From the NCBI GenBank assembly GCA_043719295.1, contig JAYSUD010000001.1, positions 97,700 to 161,699 of the forward strand: DNA of 64,000 nucleotides, read 5' to 3'. The DNA is from a bacterium (GTDB lineage: Bacteria > Patescibacteriota > Minisyncoccia > Phycocordibacterales > UBA918). The position numbers and the translations under genes were made by a program. This document shows positions 42,058 through 52,469 of this stretch, in pieces. The notes beneath the pieces were generated by a model. That model made no database searches and was not told where the DNA came from. It was given only the letters and a program-made list of their open reading frames with translations. Within the stretch, counting starts at the first letter, position 1. Each line of letters begins with the position of its first letter.

Positions 42058-42372
42058 ATGTTTGGAAAAATAAAAAATTACGCAGTTAAAAAGTTACTTG
42101 ATTCACAGCTTAAGAACGTACCCGCTGATCAAAAAGAGCTCATTATGGCCTTGGTTGAAAAAGACCCAGCGATGTTCGAGAAAATTGCTAAAGAATTGCA
42201 AGAGGAGATGAAAAATAACGGTAATAACCAGATGCAAGCTGCAATGAAGGTGCTTCCACGATACCAAAAAGAAATTATGGCGGTGATGCCACAAGAGATG
42301 AAAGAAAAGATGATGAAACAGCAGATGGGGACACAGGGACAGTTTAACCCCAACGGCACAATCCGAAGGTAA
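42058..42372 (+). CDS. Met/Gln-rich hypothetical protein
   Basis: 104-aa ORF with a -10 element shortly upstream. Confidence 0.75.
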   Translation: MFGKIKNYAVKKLLDSQLKNVPADQKELIMALVEKDPAMFEKIAKELQEEMKNNGNNQMQAAMKVLPRYQKEIMAVMPQEMKEKMMKQQMGTQGQFNPNGTIRR

Positions 42373-42493
42373 AACTTACAGAAACGGCACACTTCTTCGT
42401 TGTACTGCACAAAATATTCCTCACTGTACTATGCGTACACCTCGTCATATTCTACTTGTACGCCTCGAATTGCACTCGTTTCTAAAAGTTCTA
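42370..42493. repeat. dispersed structured repeat, copy 3
   Basis: taaaacttacagaaacg / cgtttctaaaagttcta arms plus conserved core. Confidence 0.93.
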
Positions 42494-42531
42494 CAGTAAT
42501 TCATAAAAATAGAAACCTTCGAATGATATCA

Positions 42532-42566
42532 ACAGAACAAGCGAGCCTTAGGCTCGCTTGTTCTGT
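42532..42566. terminator. strong hairpin (terminator-like)
   Basis: acagaacaagcgagcc-tta-ggctcgcttgttctgt. Confidence 0.7.
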
Positions 42567-42577
42567 ATAATCTATCC

Positions 42578-43156
42578 ATGCCTAAAAAAATAGTTATTCT
42601 CCTTGGGAATCCTGACACAGAGACATTTACTGGAGCAATCGCTGACGCGTACCAAAAGGGTGCCGAAGACGCAGGTCACGAAGTGGTTCGATACAACATT
42701 GGAGACATGAAGTTCGATCCAATTCTACATAAAGGATACAAAGTTATTCAGCCACTTGAACCAGACTTGCTTTCATTACAAGAAACAATTAACTGGGCAG
42801 ATCATATTGTTATCGTGTACCCAAACTGGTGGTGTACGATGCCCGCAATCTTAAAAGGTTTGTTTGATCGTATGTGGATTCCCGGGTTCGCATTTAACTT
42901 CGATAAAGTAACCCATAAGTGTATTAAACGTCTAAAAGGTAAAACGGGACGTACTATTGTTGTAGCAGGAACAAATAGTCCATTTAAAACATGGTGGTTA
43001 TATGGTGACTACACAAATGAAATACAACACGGAATCCTTGGTTTTGCTGGAATAAACGCAAATGTCTGTACATTTGGCCCTTCTGAAAAGGTATCAGACG
43101 CCAAAAAGGCAAGTTGGCTCAAGACGGTTGGGAAACTTGGCAAGAGTGCGAATTAG
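42578..43156 (+). CDS. NAD(P)H-dependent oxidoreductase, flavodoxin-like fold
   Basis: WADHIVIVYPNWWCTMPAILKGLFDR. Confidence 0.9.
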   Translation: MPKKIVILLGNPDTETFTGAIADAYQKGAEDAGHEVVRYNIGDMKFDPILHKGYKVIQPLEPDLLSLQETINWADHIVIVYPNWWCTMPAILKGLFDRMWIPGFAFNFDKVTHKCIKRLKGKTGRTIVVAGTNSPFKTWWLYGDYTNEIQHGILGFAGINANVCTFGPSEKVSDAKKASWLKTVGKLGKSAN

Positions 43157-43212
43157 TAGACAAAGTTGTACGCTCTTCTAAAACGTGAAGAGTGAGTGTA
43201 CACTTAACTATC

Positions 43213-44085
43213 ATGAATACGCAAACAATCAAAATAGTGTTTATCACGCTCATTGTTGTATTTTGTGTTATTTTCACCGTAACAGTGTATTGGTTTATAT
43301 TTTCAACACTAGTTTCAGAACAAGAAGATGAAGCAGGTCTTTTTGCTTCAAACTACACAAACTATGTAAATGCTGATTGTAATATTGCTGTTATACCGAT
43401 TCTTGGAGATATCATTCCGTATAGAGGAGCTGATATGGATGGTACAACCTATATTGAAAACATGCCCCCTTCAGTTAATATGGAGGATACACTCACCGCA
43501 ATAGAAATCGCTGAATCTGATCCCAACATACAAGGGATTATGCTCCGCATTGATTCAACAGGTGGAACTCCTGTAAGTTCTGAGATGATTGCAAGAGCAT
43601 TGAAGAAAAGTACACTTCCTGTCGCATCATTTATTACTGAAACGGGAGTATCGGGTGCCTACCTTATTGCAACAGGAGCTGATACCATCATTGCCTCACC
43701 ATTTTCTGACATTGGGTCTATTGGAGTGAGCATGTCGTATCTTGATAACTCAGCACAGAATAAAGATGCCGGCTTAGAATTTGTTTCTTTAGCATCAGGT
43801 AAGTTCAAAGACTCAGGAATTGGAGACAAGCCATTAAGTATCGAAGAACGCGCACTATTCGAGAGAGATTTAGCTATGTATCATGACGAATTTGTGTCAC
43901 AAGTGGCTTCAAATCGAAACCTTCCAGTTGAAGCTGTTGCAAAGCTTGCAGATGGTTCAACACAACCTGGAAAGCTAGCACTTGAAATTAAACTTATTGA
44001 TAGTCTCGGAGATATTGAAACCGTGCGAGATTGGTTTGCTCAAACTACTGGGGTAGAATCAGAGGATGTCGTTTTCTGTCAGTAA
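43213..44085 (+). CDS. S49 (SppA-like) peptidase
   Basis: IDSTGG, SGAYLIA, GSIGV, GKFKD. Confidence 0.88.
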   Translation: MNTQTIKIVFITLIVVFCVIFTVTVYWFIFSTLVSEQEDEAGLFASNYTNYVNADCNIAVIPILGDIIPYRGADMDGTTYIENMPPSVNMEDTLTAIEIAESDPNIQGIMLRIDSTGGTPVSSEMIARALKKSTLPVASFITETGVSGAYLIATGADTIIASPFSDIGSIGVSMSYLDNSAQNKDAGLEFVSLASGKFKDSGIGDKPLSIEERALFERDLAMYHDEFVSQVASNRNLPVEAVAKLADGSTQPGKLALEIKLIDSLGDIETVRDWFAQTTGVESEDVVFCQ

Positions 44086-44088
44086 CAT

Positions 44089-44212
44089 TAGGACTTGCAT
44101 AAACGGCACACTTCTTCGTTGTACTGCGCAAAATATTCCTCAACGTACAAAAAGTACGTCTCGCCATATTTTACTTGTCCGCCTCGAATTGCACTCATTT
44201 ATGTAAGTCCTA
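44089..44212. repeat. dispersed structured repeat, copy 4
   Basis: taggacttgcataaacg / catttatgtaagtccta arms; apical acgtac-aaaaa-gtacgt. Confidence 0.93.
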
Positions 44213-44231
44213 GTGAATATATTTAAGCTTT

Positions 44232-44747
44232 ATGAAATCAATTTTAATATTATTTTGTATCCTAGTGCTACTCGCAGGGTTCTTTGCCACTTTTTGGTAT
44301 GTTCAAAATTCAAAGATCAAATCTGAAGTCGAAACAAAACCAATTGAAATAGGTACGGAAGTAAAAACTCCTGAAATACCTCTAGATATCGCAAACCATA
44401 TCAAAGAAAAAAATGACAAAATTGTTCTTGAAAGTCCACTTCCACTTTCAAAAATTACATCACCAGTAACAATCAAAGGAAAAGCAAGAGGATTTTGGTT
44501 TTTTGAAGCCTCGTTTCCAATTTATATTGTAAATTGGGACGGTCTTATCATTGGTGAAGGTATCGCTACAGCAGATGGTGAGTGGATGACTACAGACTTT
44601 GTACCTTTTACTGCATCCATTAACTTCAATCTAGACAAAAACACATACAGTAATAAAGGAGCTTTAATTCTTAAAAAGGACAACCCGTCAGGCCTACCCG
44701 AAAACGACGACGCCCTAGAAATTCCTGTAGTCTTAGAGGTGAATTAA
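44232..44747 (+). CDS. Gmad2 Ig-like domain membrane-anchored protein
   Basis: ITSPVTIKGKARGFWFFEASFP...KDNPSGLPE. Confidence 0.8.
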   Translation: MKSILILFCILVLLAGFFATFWYVQNSKIKSEVETKPIEIGTEVKTPEIPLDIANHIKEKNDKIVLESPLPLSKITSPVTIKGKARGFWFFEASFPIYIVNWDGLIIGEGIATADGEWMTTDFVPFTASINFNLDKNTYSNKGALILKKDNPSGLPENDDALEIPVVLEVN

Positions 44748-44785
44748 TTTCATAAATCGCTGTTTATCTGGTAAGCTAGCGTTCT

Positions 44786-45883
44786 ATGAGTTTATCTGTT
44801 GGAATTGTTGGGTTACCAAACGTTGGAAAATCGACGTTATTTAATGCACTTACTAAAAGTTCTGTACCAATGGAAAACTACCCATTTTGCACTATTGATC
44901 CCTCAGTTGGAGTAGTTGCAGTACCCGATGGACGCCTTGAATCACTTGCAAAGGTATCAAATACAGCGAAAATCATCCCTGCGGTTGTAGAGTTTGTTGA
45001 TATTGCGGGACTTGTTAAAGGTGCGTCAAGTGGAGAAGGTCTTGGAAACAAGTTCCTTTCAAATATCCGAGAAACTAACATGATTGCTGAAGTAATCCGA
45101 ATCTTTGATGATGAAGATATTCATCATGTGCAAGGCGCGGTTGACCCATTAAGTGACATTGAGGTTATCAACCTCGAGCTTATAATGGCCGACATTGAGA
45201 CGGTAACAAAACGACTTGGTAACGTTGGAAGAGACTCAAAGAAAGGAGACAAAGAAGCGCTCGCCGAAGAAGAACTACTTGAAGTTTTATTGCCACACCT
45301 TGAACTTGGAAAACTGGCAAACTCGTTTGCCTTTACTGATGTACAAAAGAAAATTGTCAAAAACTTGCACCTCCTTACCATGAAGCCATTTTTATATGTG
45401 TGTAACAAAAAGCATGGCGCATATAACTTTGATGAAAACAATGATGACCGATGGACTGAACTACTTGAATTCTTTGAAGTCAACAATGCAGAATACGTAC
45501 TTGTTGATGCAGGAGTAGAACACGACCTCAAAGACTTAGAGGAAGATGAGAAAAATGAATTCAGACGAGAATACGGGACACAAGACTCTGGTATCGCCTC
45601 ACTCGTGCGGGCTTGTTATAATCGCCTTGGTTTGATGTCATACTTTACAACCGGTGAAAAAGAAACACGAGCATGGACAGTGCCTATTGGAAGTACCGGA
45701 CCTGTTGCTGCAGGAGCTATTCATACTGACTTTGAAAAAAAATACATTCGAGCGCAAGTGGTGACGTTTGAAGACTTGGTAACAACAGGTTCGTTTGTTA
45801 AGGCTAAAGAAGCAGGGAAACTTCGAACAGAAGGTAAAGATTATATCGTTAAAGATGGCGATGTGATTGAGTTTTTGATATAA
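44786..45883 (+). CDS. ychF: redox-regulated ATPase YchF
   Basis: GLPNVGKST, NYPFCTIDP, DIAGLVKGAS, TGS domain. Confidence 0.96.
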   Translation: MSLSVGIVGLPNVGKSTLFNALTKSSVPMENYPFCTIDPSVGVVAVPDGRLESLAKVSNTAKIIPAVVEFVDIAGLVKGASSGEGLGNKFLSNIRETNMIAEVIRIFDDEDIHHVQGAVDPLSDIEVINLELIMADIETVTKRLGNVGRDSKKGDKEALAEEELLEVLLPHLELGKLANSFAFTDVQKKIVKNLHLLTMKPFLYVCNKKHGAYNFDENNDDRWTELLEFFEVNNAEYVLVDAGVEHDLKDLEEDEKNEFRREYGTQDSGIASLVRACYNRLGLMSYFTTGEKETRAWTVPIGSTGPVAAGAIHTDFEKKYIRAQVVTFEDLVTTGSFVKAKEAGKLRTEGKDYIVKDGDVIEFLI

Positions 45884-45920
45884 TCACTACAAATAACTTG
45901 TTCCTGAAGGGAGAATTGCT

Positions 45921-46052
45921 ATGCTGAAGAGGTTTTTAGGCTTTGTTGCACTTATGATATACGCTACGATATTGCTTTCGGAGCTATATCCAAAAAAGAG
46001 CGTCGAGACTTTCTTCTACCTCTTTCCTGGTTTGAGCGAAATGAATAACTAA
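45921..46052 (+). CDS. 43-aa membrane peptide, tandem paralog 1
   Basis: SD GGGAG; MLKRFLGFVALMIYATILLSELYPKKSVETFFYLFPGLSEMNN. Confidence 0.7.
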   Translation: MLKRFLGFVALMIYATILLSELYPKKSVETFFYLFPGLSEMNN

Positions 46053-46072
46053 ATTCTGCAAAGGAGAATGCT

Positions 46073-46204
46073 ATGTGGGTCAAAGTATTTACACTGCTAA
46101 TGTTTATACTGCTTATTGTATCGGTATCTATAGTTTTTTATACTGAAGAAAGTGTTGCTATTTTCTTCTATCTGCTTTCTGGGTTATCAGGAATCAAAGG
46201 ATGA
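46073..46204 (+). CDS. 43-aa membrane peptide, tandem paralog 2
   Basis: SD AAGGAG; MWVKVFTLLMFILLIVSVSIVFYTEESVAIFFYLLSGLSGIKG. Confidence 0.7.
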   Translation: MWVKVFTLLMFILLIVSVSIVFYTEESVAIFFYLLSGLSGIKG

Positions 46205-46257
46205 TGTGCAACGAAAAAGGGCGGAAGCATATTTGCAATCGCCCTTTGCTATTTAGA

Positions 46258-46527
46258 TCAACTTTGTTGTGTTGGAGGATTTGCCCGCTGTACTGGACTT
46301 ACTACGTGAGGAACCCAAGTACCTTCAATTTCTCCATGTACCTTTTCATATTCTGCTACCTCGTAGGTAAGGTATTGTAAAAGCCGTTTTGTATGTTGCG
46401 GTGTGAGAGAGAAAATGTGCGCTTGGCTTCCAGAACTCAATCCGATTGCAAAATACTCAGGAGATTGGCCGATTTTTATGCTTTCACAGAAGAGTTTTGG
46501 TGCTTTTTGTAAGTCGTCTTGTTTCAT
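46258..46527 (-). CDS. DUF3467-like small protein
   Basis: LTPQHTKRLLQYL...YEKVHGEI pattern. Confidence 0.6.
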   Translation of the reverse strand: MKQDDLQKAPKLFCESIKIGQSPEYFAIGLSSGSQAHIFSLTPQHTKRLLQYLTYEVAEYEKVHGEIEGTWVPHVVSPVQRANPPTQQS

Positions 46528-46571
46528 AGATTGCAACTATAAGGTTTAGTAGTAGTGTTATAGTTATATAT

Positions 46572-47240
46572 ATGATAACAAAAATTGCAATTGTATGTGC
46601 TGTTTTAGCGGTCGGGGCGTTTATCTATTTGACAGGGTATATTGATCTTGGAAATAGAGCAGATCAAAACTCGGTAGAAAAAATTACTGAAGGTGCTTTT
46701 GCACCAAATGGTGAAAATAGTATGCGTGGCTCTGGTTCGTTTAAAAACGTACTGGGCCTTAAGAAAAATGTTGTGTGTGATGTATCGTATATCCAAGAAG
46801 GTGCACCGTCTCCCATTAGTGGCAAGGTGTATACAAACGGAGAAAAGATGCGAGCAAACTTCATGATGAATATGGAAGGAACAGCAACAGAGACAAACGT
46901 AATCAATGATGGCAAAGAAATGTACATTTGGGGTAAAGGGGCTTCAGGTGACATGGCAATGAAATTTACTATTGATGAATCAACAAATTCAAAAACAGAA
47001 CAGGGGCAATTTGATATGAACACTGATGTTGATTATTCATGTCAAAACTGGAATGTTGATGCATCCGTTTTTATCCCACCAAGTAATTTAAACTTTATGG
47101 ATACAAGCTCAATGATGAAACAAGGTGCAAATGGACAACCAAGTGCACCCGATATGAAAGCGATGCAATGTTCGATGTGTGACCAGGTTGATGGTGGAGA
47201 TGCTAAAGTGGAATGTAGAGCAACATTCGCTTGTATCTAA
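46572..47240 (+). CDS. membrane-anchored hypothetical protein
   Basis: N-terminal TM; VDASVFIPPS motif; C-terminal cysteines. Confidence 0.7.
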   Translation: MITKIAIVCAVLAVGAFIYLTGYIDLGNRADQNSVEKITEGAFAPNGENSMRGSGSFKNVLGLKKNVVCDVSYIQEGAPSPISGKVYTNGEKMRANFMMNMEGTATETNVINDGKEMYIWGKGASGDMAMKFTIDESTNSKTEQGQFDMNTDVDYSCQNWNVDASVFIPPSNLNFMDTSSMMKQGANGQPSAPDMKAMQCSMCDQVDGGDAKVECRATFACI

Positions 47241-47293
47241 ATGAAAATCTATATAAACAACAATCATTAATTAAATTGTGTAATAATAAATAT

Positions 47294-48202
47294 ATGAATA
47301 ACACTGCAAAAAACTTCGCAATACAACTCGGATCACTCATTTGTCTCTATGTATCACTAACCGCAATAATATGGCTTGCGTTTGGCGTCATTAACGCAAT
47401 GTATCCCGACCTGAGCTTTGGATATTATCAATATGAAAGTGCACAACAGGGAATTAGAATCGGTATCGCACTCTTAATTGTATTCTTCCCCGTATACATT
47501 CTCTTAACGCGACTTGTTAATACCGTCAGACGCAAAGAAACAGGTACGTACATGTCACTAACAAAGTGGCTTACCTACCTATCGCTCATTGTCGCTGGGC
47601 TCTTTTTGCTTGGCGACCTTGTAACGGTCATTCTTACGTACCTCAACGGAGAAGTAACTATGCGCTTCATACTCAAAGCACTTACTATCTTTGTCGTTAT
47701 AGGAGCAGCATTCTACTATTACATTCAAGACGCAAAAGAATACTGGAACACACATGAAAAAGAATCAAAAATCTACGGTGGCGCTGTTTCGCTTGTAGCA
47801 CTTTGTCTTTTGGTACTTGGATTTATGTACAGTGATACACCAGATAAGGTACGACAAATGCGCATTGATGAAGAACAGGTTATGAACTTAAATGATATTC
47901 AATATCGTGTAGAAGACCACTATCGGATTAACAAATCATTACCAACAGAGATTGATGGACTATTCATTGGAACAGAAGCACCAAAAGCACAAGAAGGACG
48001 AAAAGCGTATGCCTACAAAACAGTTGATGAAGACACGTTTGAACTTTGTGCATCATTCGCGTACCCGTCACAAAATGGAACAACTGCTGTAGAGCCAATA
48101 CAAAGTGAAGCAATGATGAAAAATCCATACAACAATTGGGATCATGGAGTTGGAGAAACCTGCTTTGAAAGGACAGTAGTTAAAGAACCACAAATACAAT
48201 AA
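47294..48202 (+). CDS. DUF5671-like membrane protein
   Basis: Five TM helices plus soluble domain (D..R/Q...L..I...LP...FELCASF). Start at ATG 47294. Confidence 0.7.
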   Translation: MNNTAKNFAIQLGSLICLYVSLTAIIWLAFGVINAMYPDLSFGYYQYESAQQGIRIGIALLIVFFPVYILLTRLVNTVRRKETGTYMSLTKWLTYLSLIVAGLFLLGDLVTVILTYLNGEVTMRFILKALTIFVVIGAAFYYYIQDAKEYWNTHEKESKIYGGAVSLVALCLLVLGFMYSDTPDKVRQMRIDEEQVMNLNDIQYRVEDHYRINKSLPTEIDGLFIGTEAPKAQEGRKAYAYKTVDEDTFELCASFAYPSQNGTTAVEPIQSEAMMKNPYNNWDHGVGETCFERTVVKEPQIQ

Positions 48203-48324
48203 GAACTAAGTATCAGATCTAAAAGCTCTCTTAACGAGAGCTTTTTAAGTGCCCAGCACTTTACAGTCACCAAAAATACAGCATACTATCTTCTATCGTT
48301 TATAAATTTGAAGCCAGATTAGTC

Positions 48325-51135
48325 ATGCATAAAAAATTTGATAATAAGGAGATTGAAGCTCGATGGCAGGAGATCTGGAAAGAAAGTGGTATCTATGATG
48401 TGGGAGAACGCGATACCAAAAAAGAGAAGGAATATATCCTTGTTGAGTGGCCATACCCCTCTGGTAACCTCCATATTGGTCACTGGCATGCGTTTGCAGT
48501 GCCTGACATCTATGCGCGCTTCCGCCGCATGAACGGGGTGCAAGTACTCTATCCAATGGGTTTTGACGCATTTGGGCTTCCTGCTGAGAACGCTGCAATC
48601 AAAAGAAATACAAGTCCAAAAGAATGGACAGAAGGCAATATTGTGTTTATGCGCAACCAGCTTAACAGTATGGGTGCCTCATTCTCGTGGGACAAAACAA
48701 CAAGTTCAACAGACCCAAGTTACTACAAATGGACACAGTGGATGTTTACCGAATTCTTTAAGAAAGATATTGCCTACCGTGGTAAGGGAATTGTAAATTG
48801 GTGCCCTGGATGCAATACCGTTATCGCAAATGAGCAGGTTCTTGCCGATGGAACCTGCGAACGTTCAGGAGACATGATTGAGAAGAAAGAAATGCCTCAG
48901 TGGATGTTACGGATTACGCAATATGCAGACAGACTTATTGATGACCTTGATGGACTCAATTGGCCAGAGCAAATTAAAGACGCACAACGAAACTGGATAG
49001 GGCGGTCACAAGGTGCAGAACTAACCTTTAAAATTTCAACAGGAGACGAAGTAACAGTCTTCACAACAAGACCCGACACACTCTATGGAGCTACCTACCT
49101 TGTCCTTGCCCCGGAACACCCCCTCATAGAAAAGGTATGGGGTGGGACCTCGAACAATGAAGAGATTGGAGTCTATGTGCATGCTTCAAAACAAAAGGCG
49201 GAGCAAGATAGACTTGATGCAACCAAAGAGAAGACAGGGGTGAAACTTGAGGGGATTACTGCGATTAACCCAGCATCAGGGGAAGAAATCCCGGTCTATA
49301 TTGCAGACTACGTACTTGGAGGATATGGAACAGGAGCAATTATGGCAGTACCAGCGCACGACGAACGAGATTTTGCATTTGCTACAAAGTTTGGACTACC
49401 GATAACACAAGTTGTACGTAAGGTATTTGGAACACCACTTTCGAATCCTGTGACAAGAAAAGCAGTAGGTTCGATAGTACATAATCCAAAAACAAATTTA
49501 TATTTAATTCAGCATAGTCACGAATTTAAAAATCATTCTTTCATATTCGGAGGTCTTGAAGCAAACGAAACGTATGAAGAAGCGGCAATTCGTGAGACAA
49601 AAGAAGAGACCGGATACGACACGAAGTTCGTTAAGTTTATAACTCAAGAAACCGAAGCACATTTTTATCACCCTGGAAAAAATGAAAATAGGACACTCAC
49701 TAGTCGACGAGTACTCTTAGAACTTGTTTCTGATGCTTCGTCTACTGTTGGTGTAGAAGAACTTAAAAAACAAGAACCGGTTTGGTTGACCTATGATGAA
49801 ATTTGTAAAAAATTCACTATAGAAGAAGATCTGTACGCAATTGCACAACTTCGTGAATCAAAACTATACACAGGAGTAGGAACACTCTATAACTCAGGAG
49901 AATTTGATGGGATGGATTCAGAAGAAGCTAAAGAAAAAATTGTTGCTAAGGTTGGAGGGAAGATGACTAATACGTATCGACTTCGTGACTGGTCTATTGG
50001 ACGTCAGCGATACTGGGGCGTACCAATTCCAATTGTGTATGACCCGCAAGGTGTTGCACATCCTGTCCCAAAAGAACACTTACCTTGGTTGTTGCCTGAG
50101 GATGTTGATTTTAGACCTACAGGTGTTGCTCCTCTTACAAAAAGTGAAGAGCTCAAAAAGAGAACAGTAGAAATCTTTGGAGAAGGATGGACACCTGAAG
50201 TTGAAACTATGGATACGTTTGTAGATTCCTCATGGTACTTTTTGCGCTACTTAGACAACCAAAACAATGGTGAACTTTCCTCGTCTATGAAACAAAAAGA
50301 ATGGATGCCTGTTGACATCTACTTTGGAGGCGCTGAACACACAACAATGCACCTTCTCTATTCACGTTTCTGGCAGAAAGCGCTATTTGACCTCGGTTTA
50401 GTTCAAGATAGCGAACCATACAAGAAGCGCATCAATCGTGGGCTCATCTTGGGCCCTGACGGTAACAAGATGAGTAAGAGTAAAGGGAACGTTATTGATC
50501 CTGATGATCACGTTAAAACAGTGGGTGCTGATTGTGTAAAAATGTACCTCTCGTTTATGGGGCCATACGGAGAGACAGCAAACTATCCATGGGATATGGG
50601 AGGTATTGTTGGTGTCCGCCGATTCCTCGAGCGTGTATACGGACTTGATACGCATATCACAGAATCTGAGAGTGAAGAAGTAACGCGTCAACTCCACAAA
50701 ACTATCTCGAAGTTAGAGAACGATGTCCCACTCTATAAATTCAACACCGCGATAAGTGCGATGATGATTTATATTAATCTTGTTGAAAAAGACGGATTAA
50801 CACTTGAATCGTATCTAGTATTCTTGCGTCTACTTGCGCCATTTGCTCCACACCTTACAGAAGAACTGTGGGCCATTCAAGGTAAAATAACTTCAATTCA
50901 TCTTGAATCGTATCCAAAATCAAATCCACTTTATGTTGTAGATACAAAGGTGACTATTGCTGTCCAAGTTAATGGAAAAATGCGTGGAAGTATTGTTGTG
51001 CAAAAAGATGCAGATGAATCTTTTATCTTGAATAGAGCTACAGAAACAGAAACGATAGCAAAATACCTCACAAACGGAGTTACGCGACACATTTACGTCC
51101 CAAACAAAATTATCAACATTATGACTAACGTATAA
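48325..51135 (+). CDS. leuS: leucine--tRNA ligase with an inserted NUDIX domain
   Basis: PYPSGNLHIGH; FTTRPDT; GTGAIMAVPAHDERD; KMSKS; internal GGLEANETYEEAAIRETKEETG. Confidence 0.96.
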   Translation: MHKKFDNKEIEARWQEIWKESGIYDVGERDTKKEKEYILVEWPYPSGNLHIGHWHAFAVPDIYARFRRMNGVQVLYPMGFDAFGLPAENAAIKRNTSPKEWTEGNIVFMRNQLNSMGASFSWDKTTSSTDPSYYKWTQWMFTEFFKKDIAYRGKGIVNWCPGCNTVIANEQVLADGTCERSGDMIEKKEMPQWMLRITQYADRLIDDLDGLNWPEQIKDAQRNWIGRSQGAELTFKISTGDEVTVFTTRPDTLYGATYLVLAPEHPLIEKVWGGTSNNEEIGVYVHASKQKAEQDRLDATKEKTGVKLEGITAINPASGEEIPVYIADYVLGGYGTGAIMAVPAHDERDFAFATKFGLPITQVVRKVFGTPLSNPVTRKAVGSIVHNPKTNLYLIQHSHEFKNHSFIFGGLEANETYEEAAIRETKEETGYDTKFVKFITQETEAHFYHPGKNENRTLTSRRVLLELVSDASSTVGVEELKKQEPVWLTYDEICKKFTIEEDLYAIAQLRESKLYTGVGTLYNSGEFDGMDSEEAKEKIVAKVGGKMTNTYRLRDWSIGRQRYWGVPIPIVYDPQGVAHPVPKEHLPWLLPEDVDFRPTGVAPLTKSEELKKRTVEIFGEGWTPEVETMDTFVDSSWYFLRYLDNQNNGELSSSMKQKEWMPVDIYFGGAEHTTMHLLYSRFWQKALFDLGLVQDSEPYKKRINRGLILGPDGNKMSKSKGNVIDPDDHVKTVGADCVKMYLSFMGPYGETANYPWDMGGIVGVRRFLERVYGLDTHITESESEEVTRQLHKTISKLENDVPLYKFNTAISAMMIYINLVEKDGLTLESYLVFLRLLAPFAPHLTEELWAIQGKITSIHLESYPKSNPLYVVDTKVTIAVQVNGKMRGSIVVQKDADESFILNRATETETIAKYLTNGVTRHIYVPNKIINIMTNV

Positions 51136-51241
51136 CACAAATATGACTATTGACGATTGTCAATAGTCGTGATAAAATCACGAGTAACAAGAAGGGTGGT
51201 ACAGAAGATATGAAGACAGTATTAACATTTTTTACTCAAAC

Positions 51242-52267
51242 ATGATTTCGTTTAAACCAAAACAGGTAACAAAAAAACTCCTCGGAGCCCTTCCACCACG
51301 AGCTAAAGATGTGCTCGAAAAGCGCTACGGCATCGGAACTGAAGGAGAAAGTAGTACGCTTGAGTCCATTGGACAAACGTACGGTATTACTCGTGAGCGA
51401 GTACGGCAAATTGAAAACTACGGTATTACATCAATCCAGAAATCAGCTGAATACAAAGAATTTGAGGCAATTTTTGTAGAACTCCAAGAAATCATAACGA
51501 GCTTAGGCGGTGGACTTATTGCTGAACACGTACTCCTTGAAGAGATAACCAGTGACATAACACTTCGAAATCACATCTATTTTCTCCTTGTAGTTGGTAT
51601 TCCATTCTTCAGAAGTAAAGAAAATACTACGTACGAACATCGATGGTATACCGAGAAGAAAATTGCTGACATTGTCGAAAAGGCACTGACAAAACTCTAC
51701 AGCAATCTCAATCGAGAAGACTTGATTACCGAAGAAGAAATGATTAAACGATTCCGTGACGAACTTATTGAAATTACTGATAAACACGACGAAGTAATAC
51801 TCAAACGTTGGCTACAAATCTCAAAAGACATCAGTGCAAACCCACTTGGTGAATGGGGACAGTCATCAAGTCCAAACGTTAAGGTTAAGGGAATTCGCGA
51901 TTACGCATATTTGGTAGTAAAACGTCACGGATCTCCAATGCACTTTAAAGAAGTGGCAGAAGCAATTCAAGAACTCTTTGACAAAAAAGCGCATACTGCA
52001 ACCTGTCACAATGAACTCATTAAAGATGACCGATTTGTATTGGTAGGACGCGGACTCTATGCACTTACTGAATGGGGATACTCAGCGGGAGTTGTAAAAG
52101 ACGTACTTCGAGATATCCTTGAAGAACATGGTCCACTTTCAAAAGAAGAAATTATCGACAAGGTACGCAAAGAGCGGTACGTAAAAGACAATACCATTGT
52201 AGTAAACCTCCAAGATACAGTTTTGTTCAAAAAACTTTCTAATGGGATGTATTCAATCGCAGAATAA
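51242..52267 (+). CDS. sigma-70 region 4 HTH plus winged-helix (RNAP delta/HARE-HTH-like) protein
   Basis: TLESIGQTYGITRERVRQIE; PMHFKEVA...HNELIKDDRFVLVGRGLYAL. Confidence 0.8.
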   Translation: MISFKPKQVTKKLLGALPPRAKDVLEKRYGIGTEGESSTLESIGQTYGITRERVRQIENYGITSIQKSAEYKEFEAIFVELQEIITSLGGGLIAEHVLLEEITSDITLRNHIYFLLVVGIPFFRSKENTTYEHRWYTEKKIADIVEKALTKLYSNLNREDLITEEEMIKRFRDELIEITDKHDEVILKRWLQISKDISANPLGEWGQSSSPNVKVKGIRDYAYLVVKRHGSPMHFKEVAEAIQELFDKKAHTATCHNELIKDDRFVLVGRGLYALTEWGYSAGVVKDVLRDILEEHGPLSKEEIIDKVRKERYVKDNTIVVNLQDTVLFKKLSNGMYSIAE

Positions 52268-52269
52268 AG

Positions 52270-52393
52270 TAGAACTTACGCAAATGGCACACTCCTTCGT
52301 TATGCTTCGCAAAATACTCCTCAACGTACTAAATGTACGCCTCGTCGTTTTTTGTTTGCACGCCTCGAATTGCACTCATTTCCATAAGTCCTA
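52270..52393. repeat. dispersed structured repeat, copy 5
   Basis: tagaacttacgcaaatg / catttccataagtccta arms plus core. Confidence 0.92.
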
Positions 52394-52414
52394 ATAAATA
52401 ATTTTTATATACAT

Positions 52415-52448
52415 AAACGGGGTATTTTGAAAACAAAATACCCCGTTT
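52415..52448. terminator. terminator-like hairpin
   Basis: aaacggggtattttg-aaaa-caaaataccccgttt. Confidence 0.7.
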
Positions 52449-52469
52449 GTAATGTACAATAGAATACAC

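Noticed and set aside
49138-49152. REP-like tggggtgggacctcg inside leuS (VWGGTS)
   Set aside because: Two mismatches to the 13-bp core; too short to separate from chance without a genome-wide count.
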